Shown here one piece after another: positions 29,143 through 38,459 of a stretch of 64,000 nucleotides of DNA (position 1 is the first letter of the stretch; each line of letters starts with the position of its first letter). The notes beneath the pieces were generated by a model that did not search any database, was not told where the DNA came from, and was given only the letters and a program-made list of their open reading frames with translations. The position numbers and the translations under genes are program-made. Source of the DNA: Chloroflexota bacterium (GTDB lineage: Bacteria; Chloroflexota; Dehalococcoidia; UBA2979); the NCBI GenBank assembly GCA_027593235.1, contig JAQCIU010000010.1, positions 1-64,000 on the forward strand. The letters run 5' to 3'.

Positions 29143-29361
29143 CTAGGCGACGAACCGCTCCCGCCGAGCACGACGTTCACGGAACCGCTCGGCGCGTGCA
29201 TGCCAGCGACGCTTCCAGGTGAGCCGCGCGTAGATCATCCAGAGGCCGACGCCGATCACGGAGACCGCACCGATCGTCTCTCCGCTCAAGTCGTGGACCA
29301 GGCCCAGCGAGCGCAACAACAGCATCACGCCCAGCACTACGATCAGGAATCCCAGCGCCAT
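29143..29361 (-). CDS. Small two-TM membrane protein (LiaI/DUF5668-like)
   Basis: GFLIVVLGVMLLL..LG and a second TM, basic tail. Confidence 0.6.
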   Translation of the reverse strand: MALGFLIVVLGVMLLLRSLGLVHDLSGETIGAVSVIGVGLWMIYARLTWKRRWHARAERFRERRARRERFVA

Positions 29362-29424
29362 CGTTCACTTCCGATCTCCCCGGCAATCTCCCCGGCGAGC
29401 GCGCCGGGGATACCTGCCATCACA

Positions 29425-29445
29425 TTGACCTTACCCTAGGGTCAA
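29425..29445. promoter_or_regulatory. Inverted repeat whose arms are -35-like hexamers (MerR-type operator candidate)
   Basis: TTGACC-ttaccctag-GGTCAA. Confidence 0.4.
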
Positions 29446-29483
29446 ACCTGAGGGTTTGCTATCACCCGTTCGGGTAGGTCGGG

Positions 29484-30173
29484 CTAGCGCTCGCCCCCGC
29501 CGGAGCGGTCGATATCCGCCGCGGGCACGTCGGACCACCACTCTGGCAGCTCCGGTACACCCCACGAGGGGTCTGGCCGCCACGAGGGCCAGTCGCCGCC
29601 GAACGGCTGCGCACGTCCCTCGATCAGCGCGGTCACCCGCTCGCCTTCGGCGCGTACCGCCGCAGCGAAGGCGGCGCTGTCGATGCCGTGCTCAACGCGC
29701 GCCGCTGCTTCGTCCTCGTCCTTCCAGTGCCAGTCCAGATCCGGCGACGCGACGATATCCAGCGTGTGATCGCGCGTGTCGATGCCCACCGCGGTGCGGA
29801 CGAATGGGGCTTCGAGGTTCACGTACCAGTGGGAGAACTGCCACGAGCCCTCGCGCCAGACCGCCCAGACCTGGAAGGCGCGGCCAGGTGTGAAGAAGCG
29901 GAGCATCGTGTTCTGCCAGACGAGTGGACCGCGCTCCCGTCGTGGCCGTGGGGGCGCGGCCACCCGGCGCCCGACGCCGTCGGCGCGCCCCTCGGTCGGG
30001 AGGTGGGGGAATCCGAGGTAGGGCGTTCCATGCCGGAAGAAGAGGACGAGGCGCTCGTCCGTGTCTTCCACGCAGATCATCGGGTAGCCGCTGGCAATCA
30101 CGTCGTGATCCCGTGCGAGGTAACGCACCACCACGGTCTCGCCGGGTTCCCACCGCTTCAGCGTTTCCGTCAC
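29484..30173 (-). CDS. DUF402 family protein
   Basis: WYVNLEAP..RT..GIDTRDHTLDIV...WKDEDE. Confidence 0.85.
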   Translation of the reverse strand: MTETLKRWEPGETVVVRYLARDHDVIASGYPMICVEDTDERLVLFFRHGTPYLGFPHLPTEGRADGVGRRVAAPPRPRRERGPLVWQNTMLRFFTPGRAFQVWAVWREGSWQFSHWYVNLEAPFVRTAVGIDTRDHTLDIVASPDLDWHWKDEDEAAARVEHGIDSAAFAAAVRAEGERVTALIEGRAQPFGGDWPSWRPDPSWGVPELPEWWSDVPAADIDRSGGGER

Positions 30174-30859
30174 CGTGCGATGTCCCCGTAGGCCCAGACG
30201 CGTCGCGGCCACAGCCGCACCGGCTCCGTCTGCCACTCGGGCGGCAACGAGGGTGCGTCCCATGCGGCCGGCGGCTGCCACGCGCCCCAGCCATCGCCGA
30301 ACGGGGATCCGCGCGCCTCGATCGTCTCGATCACGCGCTCACCCTCGGCCCGCACGAACTCGGAGAACTCGGCGGGGAAGACTCCCTGCTCGACCCGCTC
30401 AGCCAGCTCATCCTCGTCCTTCCACTCCCAGACGAGGTCTGGCGTTACGACGATGTCGAGCGTGTGATCGTTCGTGTCGAAGCCGATCGCCGTGCGGCGG
30501 TATGGCTCCTCCATGTTCACGTAGTACGCCGAGTGACGGCGCGCGCCGTCCTCGATTTCCCAGAACACCCAGATCGAGTGGTGCGCGCCCGGGTACATCA
30601 GCCGCACCACATCGCGTCGCCACTCGGTGTCCTGCAGCTCCACGACGTATCCGCGTCCGCCGAGTTCCGAGGTGGGGCGCCGGGCGAATCGCTTGTAGAT
30701 CGCGCCCTTCGGGATGCAGAGCGCCAGTAGATCCTCGCGGTCCTCCACCACGGTGAAGGGCCAGGACATCCCCGGCCGTCCATCGCGCGTGATGTAGCGC
30801 AAGACCGCTGTCTCACCGCTGTTCCAGCGACGCTCCGCGGGCGGTGGGCCATCCGACAT
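30170..30859 (-). CDS. DUF402 family protein (tandem paralog)
   Basis: YYVNMEEPYRRT.IGFDTNDHTLDIV...WKDEDE. Confidence 0.85.
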   Translation of the reverse strand: MSDGPPPAERRWNSGETAVLRYITRDGRPGMSWPFTVVEDREDLLALCIPKGAIYKRFARRPTSELGGRGYVVELQDTEWRRDVVRLMYPGAHHSIWVFWEIEDGARRHSAYYVNMEEPYRRTAIGFDTNDHTLDIVVTPDLVWEWKDEDELAERVEQGVFPAEFSEFVRAEGERVIETIEARGSPFGDGWGAWQPPAAWDAPSLPPEWQTEPVRLWPRRVWAYGDIAR

Positions 30860-31034
30860 TCGTTCCCCGATCGTGCTGCGTCGACGGTCGATCTTACGCA
30901 TGGATGACGCCCTCGGCCCCGACGGACCCTTGTGCTAGCATTCACGCAATTCGGCCCGGTGTGACCGGGGCGATTGAGGCGAAACTAGACGCCACGCGCC
31001 GCGATTCGCGCGCGAGGCTTCGAGAGCAGGCTGC

Positions 31035-31592
31035 ATGGCCTACGGCATGGGCGTCGCAAAGGGCATGCTGCTGACGTTGCAACACGTCATCAAGCCACCG
31101 ATCACGGTCAACTATCCGGAACAGCAACGCGAAGTTCCGGTCCGCGCTCGCACCAATCTGCTGTGGTTCGAAGAGCGCTGCACCGGCTGCTCCACCTGTG
31201 CACAGGCCTGCCCCGACGGCTGCATCCTCGTCCAGACCTCGCCTCGCGACGACGGCACACTGGAGATCGAGCGTTACGAAATCGACTTCCGGATCTGCAT
31301 GTACTGCGGGCTCTGCACCGAAGCCTGTCCGTACCAGGCGATCCAGGCCGGCGGGCGCTATGACGACGCGGTCTACGTGTTCGAAGACATGTACCGCGAC
31401 CGCGACGCGCTGACGCGCGAGGCGCGCAGCTACCTGGACACCACCGACGGCCGCTATCCCAACGGTCAAACTCAGGACGAGAACCCGCTGATCACCGCTC
31501 TCCCGACCGCGCGTTCGCGCGTCGACGTGGCGGGCACTGACGGTCCGCTCGGGCCGCAGCGCTTCGCGAAGCGCGAGCGCGGCCAGGGGTAA
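31035..31592 (+). CDS. nuoI: NADH-quinone oxidoreductase subunit I
   Basis: TVNYPE, ERCTGCSTCAQACP, YEIDFRICMYCGLCTEACP. Confidence 0.88.
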   Translation: MAYGMGVAKGMLLTLQHVIKPPITVNYPEQQREVPVRARTNLLWFEERCTGCSTCAQACPDGCILVQTSPRDDGTLEIERYEIDFRICMYCGLCTEACPYQAIQAGGRYDDAVYVFEDMYRDRDALTREARSYLDTTDGRYPNGQTQDENPLITALPTARSRVDVAGTDGPLGPQRFAKRERGQG

Positions 31593-31699
31593 CGCAAGGA
31601 CGAGCCGGGGTCACCGGCGCCGCCTCACCGCCAGTCGCGGGAGCGTGGAACTGAAAGCATCCGTCCCCGGCGGGCCGTGGGCGGGAGGGGGAGACACCC

Positions 31700-34258
31700 G
31701 TGGCGATGATCTCGCTCAACGGCGAATCGCTGGAGGTCGCTGAAGGCCTGCCTTTGATCGAGGTGATCAAGGAGCAGGGCGTCACGATCACCAACCTCTG
31801 CTACATCGATGGCCTGGAGCCCTACGCCGGCTGCCGCACCTGTCTCGTGGAGATCGAAGGCGGGCGTCCCACCAACATGCAACTCGCCTGCACCGCGAAG
31901 ACCGCGGACGGCATGGTGGTCCAGACCGAGACCGAAGCGGTGAAGCGCTCCCGCCAGGGCGTCATGTCGCTGATCCTGGCCAACCACCCGGACCGCTGCC
32001 TCACTTGCCACCGCCGCGTGCACTGCATGCCGGGCGACATCTGCCTGCGTGATGACGTGGTCACCCACCGCTGCCTCACCTGCTCCAAGAACTACCGTTG
32101 CGAGCTGCAGACCAGCTGCGAAATCGTCGACATGGGCGACTTCGCGGAGCCCTGGGTCGGTGAGTCGCGCTCCTACTATGAGACGCCGCCCCCGGAGCCG
32201 GACCGCGGCAACCCCTACCTCGAGTTCGATCCGCAGATGTGCATCATCTGCACCCGCTGCGTCCGTGCCTGCGATGACCTGCGCCACACCGGCGCGCTCA
32301 CCCTCTCCGGCAAGGGCCACACGACGATGATCGCCTTCGGGACCGGCGGCCAGATCCACGAGTCCGACTGCGACTTCTGCGGCGCCTGCATCGATGTCTG
32401 CCCGACGGCGACGCTGATGGAGAAGCCGAACAAGTGGCGCGGTCTGGCCGAGGATTGGACCAATTCGGCCTGCAACGGCTGCGCCGTTGGCTGCACGCTC
32501 ACCTACGGCATGACCGACGACCAGCCCGTGATCGTCCGCCCCGACCGGATCAACCCGGTGAGCCGCGATCAGATCTGCGCGCGCGGCCGGTTCGGCTACA
32601 CCGAGGTCGGCGACCGCGAGCGCCTGTCGCGTTCGCTGGTTCGCACCGGCGATCGGCTGCTCTCCGCCAGCCCCGAGCACGCGCTCGCCCGCGCGGCCGA
32701 GTCGCTGACCGCCGTCAAGAACTCCGCAGGCGCCGGCGCGATCGCCGTCCTCGGATCTCCGCTCGCGACCACCGAGGAGGCCTACCTGCTGGCGCGTCTC
32801 GCGCGCGAGACGATCGGTACGGAGCACCTCGACTTCTCGCACGGCCCGTTGCACCGCGGCGTCGCCGCCGCGTTCAACGCCGCATTTGGGACGAACCGGC
32901 TCCCGTCTGATCTCACCGCCGTTGAGCAGGCACACACGATCGTCGTGCTCGGTGGCGACATCGAGGAATCGCACCAGGTCGTGTCACTCCGCGTGAAGGA
33001 CGCCGTCACGAAGCGCGGCGCGAAGCTCGTGCTGATCTCCAACCGCTGGAACGAACTGGTCCCCTTCGCCGAAGCGTGGCTTCGCCCCACCCCGGGGTCC
33101 GAAGCCGCCGCCGCGCAGGCCCTCGCAGACGGTCTCGCCGCCAGTCCGGCCGATGTCCCCGGCGTTGCGCCGGAGACGATCGCTGCCGCGATCGCCACGT
33201 TGCGCGCCGCGAAGGATGGCGACGCCAACGACACGGCCGTGATCTTCGCTCCGGCCGGCGGTCATGGCGCTGCGCGAGCCACTGCCGAGGCCACTGCCGC
33301 CGCCAACCTCGCGATCGCGTCACACGGCGCGGCTGCCGCGCAGCACCTGCACTACCTGCCCACCGACGCGAACGTCCTGGGCATCGCCGACGCGGGCGTC
33401 GCCCCGGGCGAGCGAGGCCACGATTTCACCGCGATCATCGAGGGCGCGAAGAACGGTTCGATCAAGGCGATCGTCCTCCACGACGACAACCCGCTGCTCA
33501 ACGCACCGGGCACCGCCGACATCGAGACGGCGCTCGCCAACCTCGAGGCGCTCGTCGTGATCGACTCGCTGCGCTCGACCGCCGGTGAGCACGCGACGGT
33601 GATCCTCGCGGAGCTGCCCTTCCACGCGAAGGACGGCACGCTGACCAGCGCCGATCGGCGCATCATTCGGCAGCGCCCGGCCGCAGTGGCGCAGCGCGAC
33701 GAGCGCGGTGGTGTCGCCATCCTCGTTGCCCTCGCCGCGGCGCTCGGCGGCCCGCTCAGCTACGACGGCCCCGCCGACGTGATGCGCGACATGGCGTCGC
33801 GTGTCGCTGGTTATGTCCCGTACAGCGAACTCGATCGCACACCGGGTCAGGTGCGCGCGTTGCCGACCTCGCAGTCGCTGAGCGCGAACGCCCAGCCGTT
33901 GCCTGCGGCCGGCGCTCCGAGCGGAGACGGGCTGGCGATCATCACCGGTCGATCGCTCTTCACCTCGTGGGCCGGCGCATCGATCCGTTCCGACGAGGCC
34001 GACAAGCTCCACCGCGAGGAGTCCGCGCTCGTCAATCCGCGTGACGCCGAGGCCCTCGGCGCGCGTGACGGCGATCAGGCGGTGCTGTCGAACGGGACCG
34101 CCGAGGTCCGCATTCGCATCAAGCTCGACGACGGCGTCGCCCCCGGCACGGTGTACGTTCCGCACTACTACGACGGTGGTGCGGTGATGCGCCTGCTGCC
34201 GCTGAGCGGCGACGGATCCGCCGTCGCGGTGACGTTGCGGACGCTCCAGCCGGCCTAG
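31700..34258 (+). CDS. NuoG-like / FdhA-like molybdopterin-family iron-sulfur protein
   Basis: 2Fe-2S (LC...GCRTC...AC), HxxxCxxC, CIICTRCVRAC, CDFCGACIDVCP, CNGCAVGC...ICARGRFG; C-terminal dinucleotide-binding domain (NPRDA); no Cys/Sec Mo ligand seen. Confidence 0.85.
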   Translation: MAMISLNGESLEVAEGLPLIEVIKEQGVTITNLCYIDGLEPYAGCRTCLVEIEGGRPTNMQLACTAKTADGMVVQTETEAVKRSRQGVMSLILANHPDRCLTCHRRVHCMPGDICLRDDVVTHRCLTCSKNYRCELQTSCEIVDMGDFAEPWVGESRSYYETPPPEPDRGNPYLEFDPQMCIICTRCVRACDDLRHTGALTLSGKGHTTMIAFGTGGQIHESDCDFCGACIDVCPTATLMEKPNKWRGLAEDWTNSACNGCAVGCTLTYGMTDDQPVIVRPDRINPVSRDQICARGRFGYTEVGDRERLSRSLVRTGDRLLSASPEHALARAAESLTAVKNSAGAGAIAVLGSPLATTEEAYLLARLARETIGTEHLDFSHGPLHRGVAAAFNAAFGTNRLPSDLTAVEQAHTIVVLGGDIEESHQVVSLRVKDAVTKRGAKLVLISNRWNELVPFAEAWLRPTPGSEAAAAQALADGLAASPADVPGVAPETIAAAIATLRAAKDGDANDTAVIFAPAGGHGAARATAEATAAANLAIASHGAAAAQHLHYLPTDANVLGIADAGVAPGERGHDFTAIIEGAKNGSIKAIVLHDDNPLLNAPGTADIETALANLEALVVIDSLRSTAGEHATVILAELPFHAKDGTLTSADRRIIRQRPAAVAQRDERGGVAILVALAAALGGPLSYDGPADVMRDMASRVAGYVPYSELDRTPGQVRALPTSQSLSANAQPLPAAGAPSGDGLAIITGRSLFTSWAGASIRSDEADKLHREESALVNPRDAEALGARDGDQAVLSNGTAEVRIRIKLDDGVAPGTVYVPHYYDGGAVMRLLPLSGDGSAVAVTLRTLQPA

Positions 34259-34320
34259 CCGTCCTGCCCGGAGCCGCCGCCGACGTCAACAAGGCTGCGC
34301 GGCCTTGCTACGATCGCGCG

Positions 34321-34731
34321 ATGAGCGAGACGCGTACGCCTCAGAGCGCCGCGACAGACGATCGCTGGGTGATGCTGGCCGTCGCACGCGACATCGACAC
34401 CGCCGAGGACTGGCAGGCAGCCCTCGAGCGAGCGTCCCTCGTCGCCGAAATCCGCATCGAGGACGCCGTGATCACCGGCCGGTCCAGCGCCACGAACTAC
34501 GCCAACGGGCCAGGAATCGATCAGCTCTTCGCGTACGCGCTCTGGGTCCGTGCATCCGAGCGGGACCGCAGCGCCGCGGTCCTCATCGAGTCCGGTTGGG
34601 ACGGTCGCTACGGCACGAATAGCGACGACGACGAGTCCTCGATGTCCGCTCGCTACGTGATCACCGGCACCATCGTGGCGCTGGCGGCGTCTGCGCTCTT
34701 CATTGCCGCGCTGTTGCGAGCGAGTTCCTGA
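34321..34731 (+). CDS. Hypothetical protein with C-terminal TM
   Basis: TGATG coupling to the downstream gene; C-terminal hydrophobic helix. Confidence 0.6.
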   Translation: MSETRTPQSAATDDRWVMLAVARDIDTAEDWQAALERASLVAEIRIEDAVITGRSSATNYANGPGIDQLFAYALWVRASERDRSAAVLIESGWDGRYGTNSDDDESSMSARYVITGTIVALAASALFIAALLRASS

Positions 34732-35390
34732 TGACGGAACAGCTCCGCCTCTTCCTGCTCAATACCGTCCTGTTCCCTCGGATGGAGCTACCGCTCCACG
34801 TCTTCGAGGAACGCTACAAGCGCCTCGCCGCGGAATGCCTGGCCGCCGAGGAGCCATTCGGCGTGCTGCTGATCGAGCAGGGCAACGAGGTCGGCGACGC
34901 GAACGCGCAGGCCTACCGGATGGGCTGCACAACGCGGATCGAAAACGCGGCACCGGTTGAGGGCGGCCGACTGATGATCCTGACCCGCGGTGAGCGGCGA
35001 TTCCGGGTGCTGGAGTTCCAGGACGATCAGCCGTACCGCACCGCGACCGTCGAGTACCCGGTCGACGAGCTGACCGAGGTACCCCCAACGCTGCGAGAAC
35101 GTGCCGCCGAGGGCTATCGCCAGATCGCCAGGCTGCGCGCGATGACTGAGGGTGGGTTCGCGCGCTCCGTTACGATCCCGTCATCGGCGGGCGTCCTCGC
35201 CGATCGCATCGCAACGGCCGCTGCGGGCATGGTCGAAGCGACCGACCTCCAAGCGATCCTCGAAGCATTCGATGTCCACCGCCGGCTGGAAGCTGCCGCC
35301 GATCTCCTCGATCGCGTCATCGCCGGTCATCACCAGCAGGCAAAGACGGCGATCGCGGAGCGCTACGGCGGCATGGAGCGGCTCAATTGA
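34731..35390 (+). CDS. Lon N-terminal substrate-binding domain protein
   Basis: LF.LNTVLFP..ELPLHVFEERY, FGVLLI, GERRFRV. Confidence 0.88.
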   Translation: MTEQLRLFLLNTVLFPRMELPLHVFEERYKRLAAECLAAEEPFGVLLIEQGNEVGDANAQAYRMGCTTRIENAAPVEGGRLMILTRGERRFRVLEFQDDQPYRTATVEYPVDELTEVPPTLRERAAEGYRQIARLRAMTEGGFARSVTIPSSAGVLADRIATAAAGMVEATDLQAILEAFDVHRRLEAAADLLDRVIAGHHQQAKTAIAERYGGMERLN

Positions 35391-36055
35391 GCGCGAATGG
35401 TCATCGCCGCTCCGTCACTGCCGCGATCTTTGACCTCGACGGGCTGCTGCTCGATACCGAGCCGTTCTACCTGGATGCGACCACCACCGTGCTCGCCCAA
35501 CACGGGCGTGTGCTCGAACGCGACGTCTTGCGCCGCCACATCGGCATCCCCAGCATCGAGACGATGCAGCGACTTGCGGAGCACTACGAGCTGACTGTCT
35601 CGGGCGCGCAACTGACCGAGGAGAGGCAAGCCCTCCTCGACGCCCTGTTGCCGACCGCCGCACCGCGTCCGGGCGCGCGTGAACTCACGGCGGCGCTGCG
35701 CGCTGGTGGTGTGCCGATCGCGATCGGGACCAGTTCCACCCGCCACACCTTCGCGCTGAAGGCGGCGAATCATCGCGAGTGGTTTGGTGAGTTCGATGCC
35801 GTGGTCACCAGCGACGACGTGGCGCGCGGAAAACCGCACCCCGACATCTTCCAGCGCGCCGCGGAGCTCCTCGGACGACCGGCGGCGGAGTGCGTCGTCT
35901 TCGAGGACGCGCGATCCGGTGTGGAGGCGGCGCAAGCGGCCGGCATGGCCGTCGTGATGGTGCCGACAATCGGCGTCGATCCGAGCGGGCTTGAGCCCGA
36001 CGAACTCCTCGATTCGCTCGTTGATTTCGACCCGCAACGCTGGGGCCTGCTCTAA
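35387..36055 (+). CDS. HAD-IA phosphatase (beta-PGM/pseudouridine-5'-phosphatase-like)
   Basis: FDLDGLLLDTE, GTSS, GKPHPDIF, FEDA. Confidence 0.9.
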   Translation: MSANGHRRSVTAAIFDLDGLLLDTEPFYLDATTTVLAQHGRVLERDVLRRHIGIPSIETMQRLAEHYELTVSGAQLTEERQALLDALLPTAAPRPGARELTAALRAGGVPIAIGTSSTRHTFALKAANHREWFGEFDAVVTSDDVARGKPHPDIFQRAAELLGRPAAECVVFEDARSGVEAAQAAGMAVVMVPTIGVDPSGLEPDELLDSLVDFDPQRWGLL

Positions 36056-36186
36056 GCTCGGAGCTGCGATCCGAGGACGGGCGCCCGCCTGCCCGTTTTC
36101 CGGTGTTCAGCCGAAGATCAGTGGAGAATCAGGCGCGATAGCGCCCGGTCCGTCGCGCGCGGAATCTGGGCGCTCCTTGAGGAGCC

Positions 36187-37869
36187 ATGGTGGGACCTCC
36201 CTCCGCGGATATGACCGAACGAACCGGCGATGCCTCCGGCTGGCTGATCGTGCGCGAGGACGGTGTGATCGTCGCGGCCGATGAGCGCGCGATGACCCTC
36301 GTCGGCGCGGGCGCGATCGCGACGCTGGTTGGCCGTGCCTGGCCCTCGCTGGTCGCTGCAAGCGATGCCCCGCTGCTCGCGATGGCAGTCACCGCCTTCG
36401 AGCACGGCGAGGCATGGTCGGGCGCCCTCGCGTTCCAGTTCGACGAGGAGCCAGTCGCGCTCGCCGTCTCGCTGATCCCGCGCGTGCCCGGTCGCGGCGA
36501 AGTCGCGGTCATCCACCTCGCGCCCGTTGCCCACGAGGATCACCAGCCGATCCGGACCGCCACCGCCGCCGGGCAGCGTGACGACCTCGAGGTGCTCGTC
36601 GACGCGATCGAGGCCAGCGCGGAGCTGCAGGATCCGACCGCGATCGCGCGGGCGGTACTGCAGGCGATCCGGCCCGCGATCCGCTTCGAATGGGGCATGG
36701 TGCTGCGCCTGTTCCACCAGGATCACTTCGGCACGCCACCAGCCGCCGAAGTCGTCGCGACCTATCCGACCGGTCTCGCCGGCATCGACGCTGGCGCGGC
36801 CTGGACACCGATCGATGCCGCGGAACATGCCCTCCTCGAGAGCGGCGAACCGTCGCTCGATGGCCGTCTGGCACGCGCCGAGAACGAGCGTTCGCCACTG
36901 CGGCGCCTGCCGGCGTTCGGCATGCGCTCGCGGCTCGTTGTGCCGCTGTTCGCACCCGCCGGTGGCGGCGTGAACGGCGCCGTCGCGCTCTACAGCACGC
37001 AGCCGGTCGCCTTCAGTCCGGCGGATGGCCTGCGCCTCGAACGGTTCGCGCGCCGCCTCGGTCACTTCGTCGGCGCCGCCGTCGAGTTGGCCGCGCCCGT
37101 GGACCGAGAGCCCGCAGGCACGCCGACCGCCGAGGAGCCCGTTGCGCCCTCGGAGCACACGCCTTCGGAGCCCACATCCTCGGAGGCCGCGGCCCCGAGC
37201 GATCGATTCGATCGCCTCGCGGACTTCGCCGCCGGGGTCGCCCACGAGCTGAACAACCCGCTGGCCGCCGTGCTCGGCTACGCGCAGCTCCTACCGCAGC
37301 TCGGCGACGACGACCGCGCCGCGGCGCTCGCGGCGATCGAGGCGGAGACGTTGCGCGCGAGCGAGGTCACGCGGGATCTCCTCGCGTTCGCACGCCAGCA
37401 GCCCTCGGCGCGTCGTGACGTACACCTCGCGGCCGTCGCAAGCCGCGTACTGGACGTGCTGCACCATGACCTGCACGCAGCCGGGATCGAAGTCCAGACG
37501 GCCTTCCTCGCGACCCCCGTGCTCGCCGCCGACGAGCCACAGCTGGAACAGGCGATCCTCCACCTGCTTCGCAACGCCCTCGATGCGATGCCCGATGGCG
37601 GAACGCTCGCGCTGGCCATCCGCCCGATCGACGGCGCGGTTCGGCTGGAGGTCACGGACAGCGGCCCCGGTGTGCCCGAGATGATCGCGAGCCGCATCTT
37701 TGAGCCGTTCGTCACCACCCACGATGACCCCGCGCACCGCGGTATGGGCCTTGCGATCGTGCACGGCATCGCCGGGGCGCACGGTGGTCGAGCCTGGTTT
37801 GAGCCGGTCACACCGCACGGCGCGCGCTTCATCCTGGAACTCCCGGCAGGAGCGCAGCCCGCGATCTAG
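36187..37869 (+). CDS. Cytoplasmic sensor histidine kinase (PAS-like + GAF + HisKA + HATPase)
   Basis: H-box GVAHELNNPL, N-box LLRNALDA, DSGPG, IFEPF, GMGL; start may be 36211. Confidence 0.88.
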   Translation: MVGPPSADMTERTGDASGWLIVREDGVIVAADERAMTLVGAGAIATLVGRAWPSLVAASDAPLLAMAVTAFEHGEAWSGALAFQFDEEPVALAVSLIPRVPGRGEVAVIHLAPVAHEDHQPIRTATAAGQRDDLEVLVDAIEASAELQDPTAIARAVLQAIRPAIRFEWGMVLRLFHQDHFGTPPAAEVVATYPTGLAGIDAGAAWTPIDAAEHALLESGEPSLDGRLARAENERSPLRRLPAFGMRSRLVVPLFAPAGGGVNGAVALYSTQPVAFSPADGLRLERFARRLGHFVGAAVELAAPVDREPAGTPTAEEPVAPSEHTPSEPTSSEAAAPSDRFDRLADFAAGVAHELNNPLAAVLGYAQLLPQLGDDDRAAALAAIEAETLRASEVTRDLLAFARQQPSARRDVHLAAVASRVLDVLHHDLHAAGIEVQTAFLATPVLAADEPQLEQAILHLLRNALDAMPDGGTLALAIRPIDGAVRLEVTDSGPGVPEMIASRIFEPFVTTHDDPAHRGMGLAIVHGIAGAHGGRAWFEPVTPHGARFILELPAGAQPAI

Positions 37870-37969
37870 TGCCGGGTAATGCTCAGGCGCTCGCTCACAT
37901 GACCGATATCTCACGCCGTGATAACGTCACCGGCGACCAAACAGCGCTCCACCACGAAGGATCAACCAC

Positions 37970-38434
37970 TTGCAAAACTGGCGCCGAGCGGCGTTCGCCC
38001 TCAGCCTCCTTGTTGCCACCAGCGGCCTGGTCGCCGCCTGCGGCGGCGGCGGTGGCGGTGATGGCAACGACGAAGATTACGTGAAAGCACTCTGCGAATC
38101 GGGTGACATCCTGGAGGAGGTGATCACGGTCGCCTTTACCGCGGCCGCCGACGGCGACGAGGACGCAGCCCGGGACGCCGTTGTCGAAGTCATGGAGAAG
38201 TGGGCCGACGCGCTCGACGATGCGAACCCGCCAGCCGACGCGGCTGACGCTCACAACGCGCTTGTCGACGGCCTCCGCGACGGGATCCAGCGACTGAAGG
38301 ACGGCGATTCGGATCTGGACACCGTCTTCGAGGGCATCGATCCGTCGATCGATATGCCTCAGGCAGTCCAGGACCGGCTCGAAGTGGTCGCCAACAACAC
38401 CGCTGAGTGCGAGGACGGCGGATTCTTCGACTAG
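37970..38434 (+). CDS. Helical lipoprotein
   Basis: Lipobox VAAC-GGGG; two further Cys; acidic. Confidence 0.7.
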   Translation: MQNWRRAAFALSLLVATSGLVAACGGGGGGDGNDEDYVKALCESGDILEEVITVAFTAAADGDEDAARDAVVEVMEKWADALDDANPPADAADAHNALVDGLRDGIQRLKDGDSDLDTVFEGIDPSIDMPQAVQDRLEVVANNTAECEDGGFFD

Positions 38435-38459
38435 ATCGAACAGACGGCTTCGGGTGTTG

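Noticed and set aside
31700-34258. Selenocysteine formate dehydrogenase
   Set aside because: No in-frame TGA and no Cys/Sec-His Mo-ligand motif at the expected position
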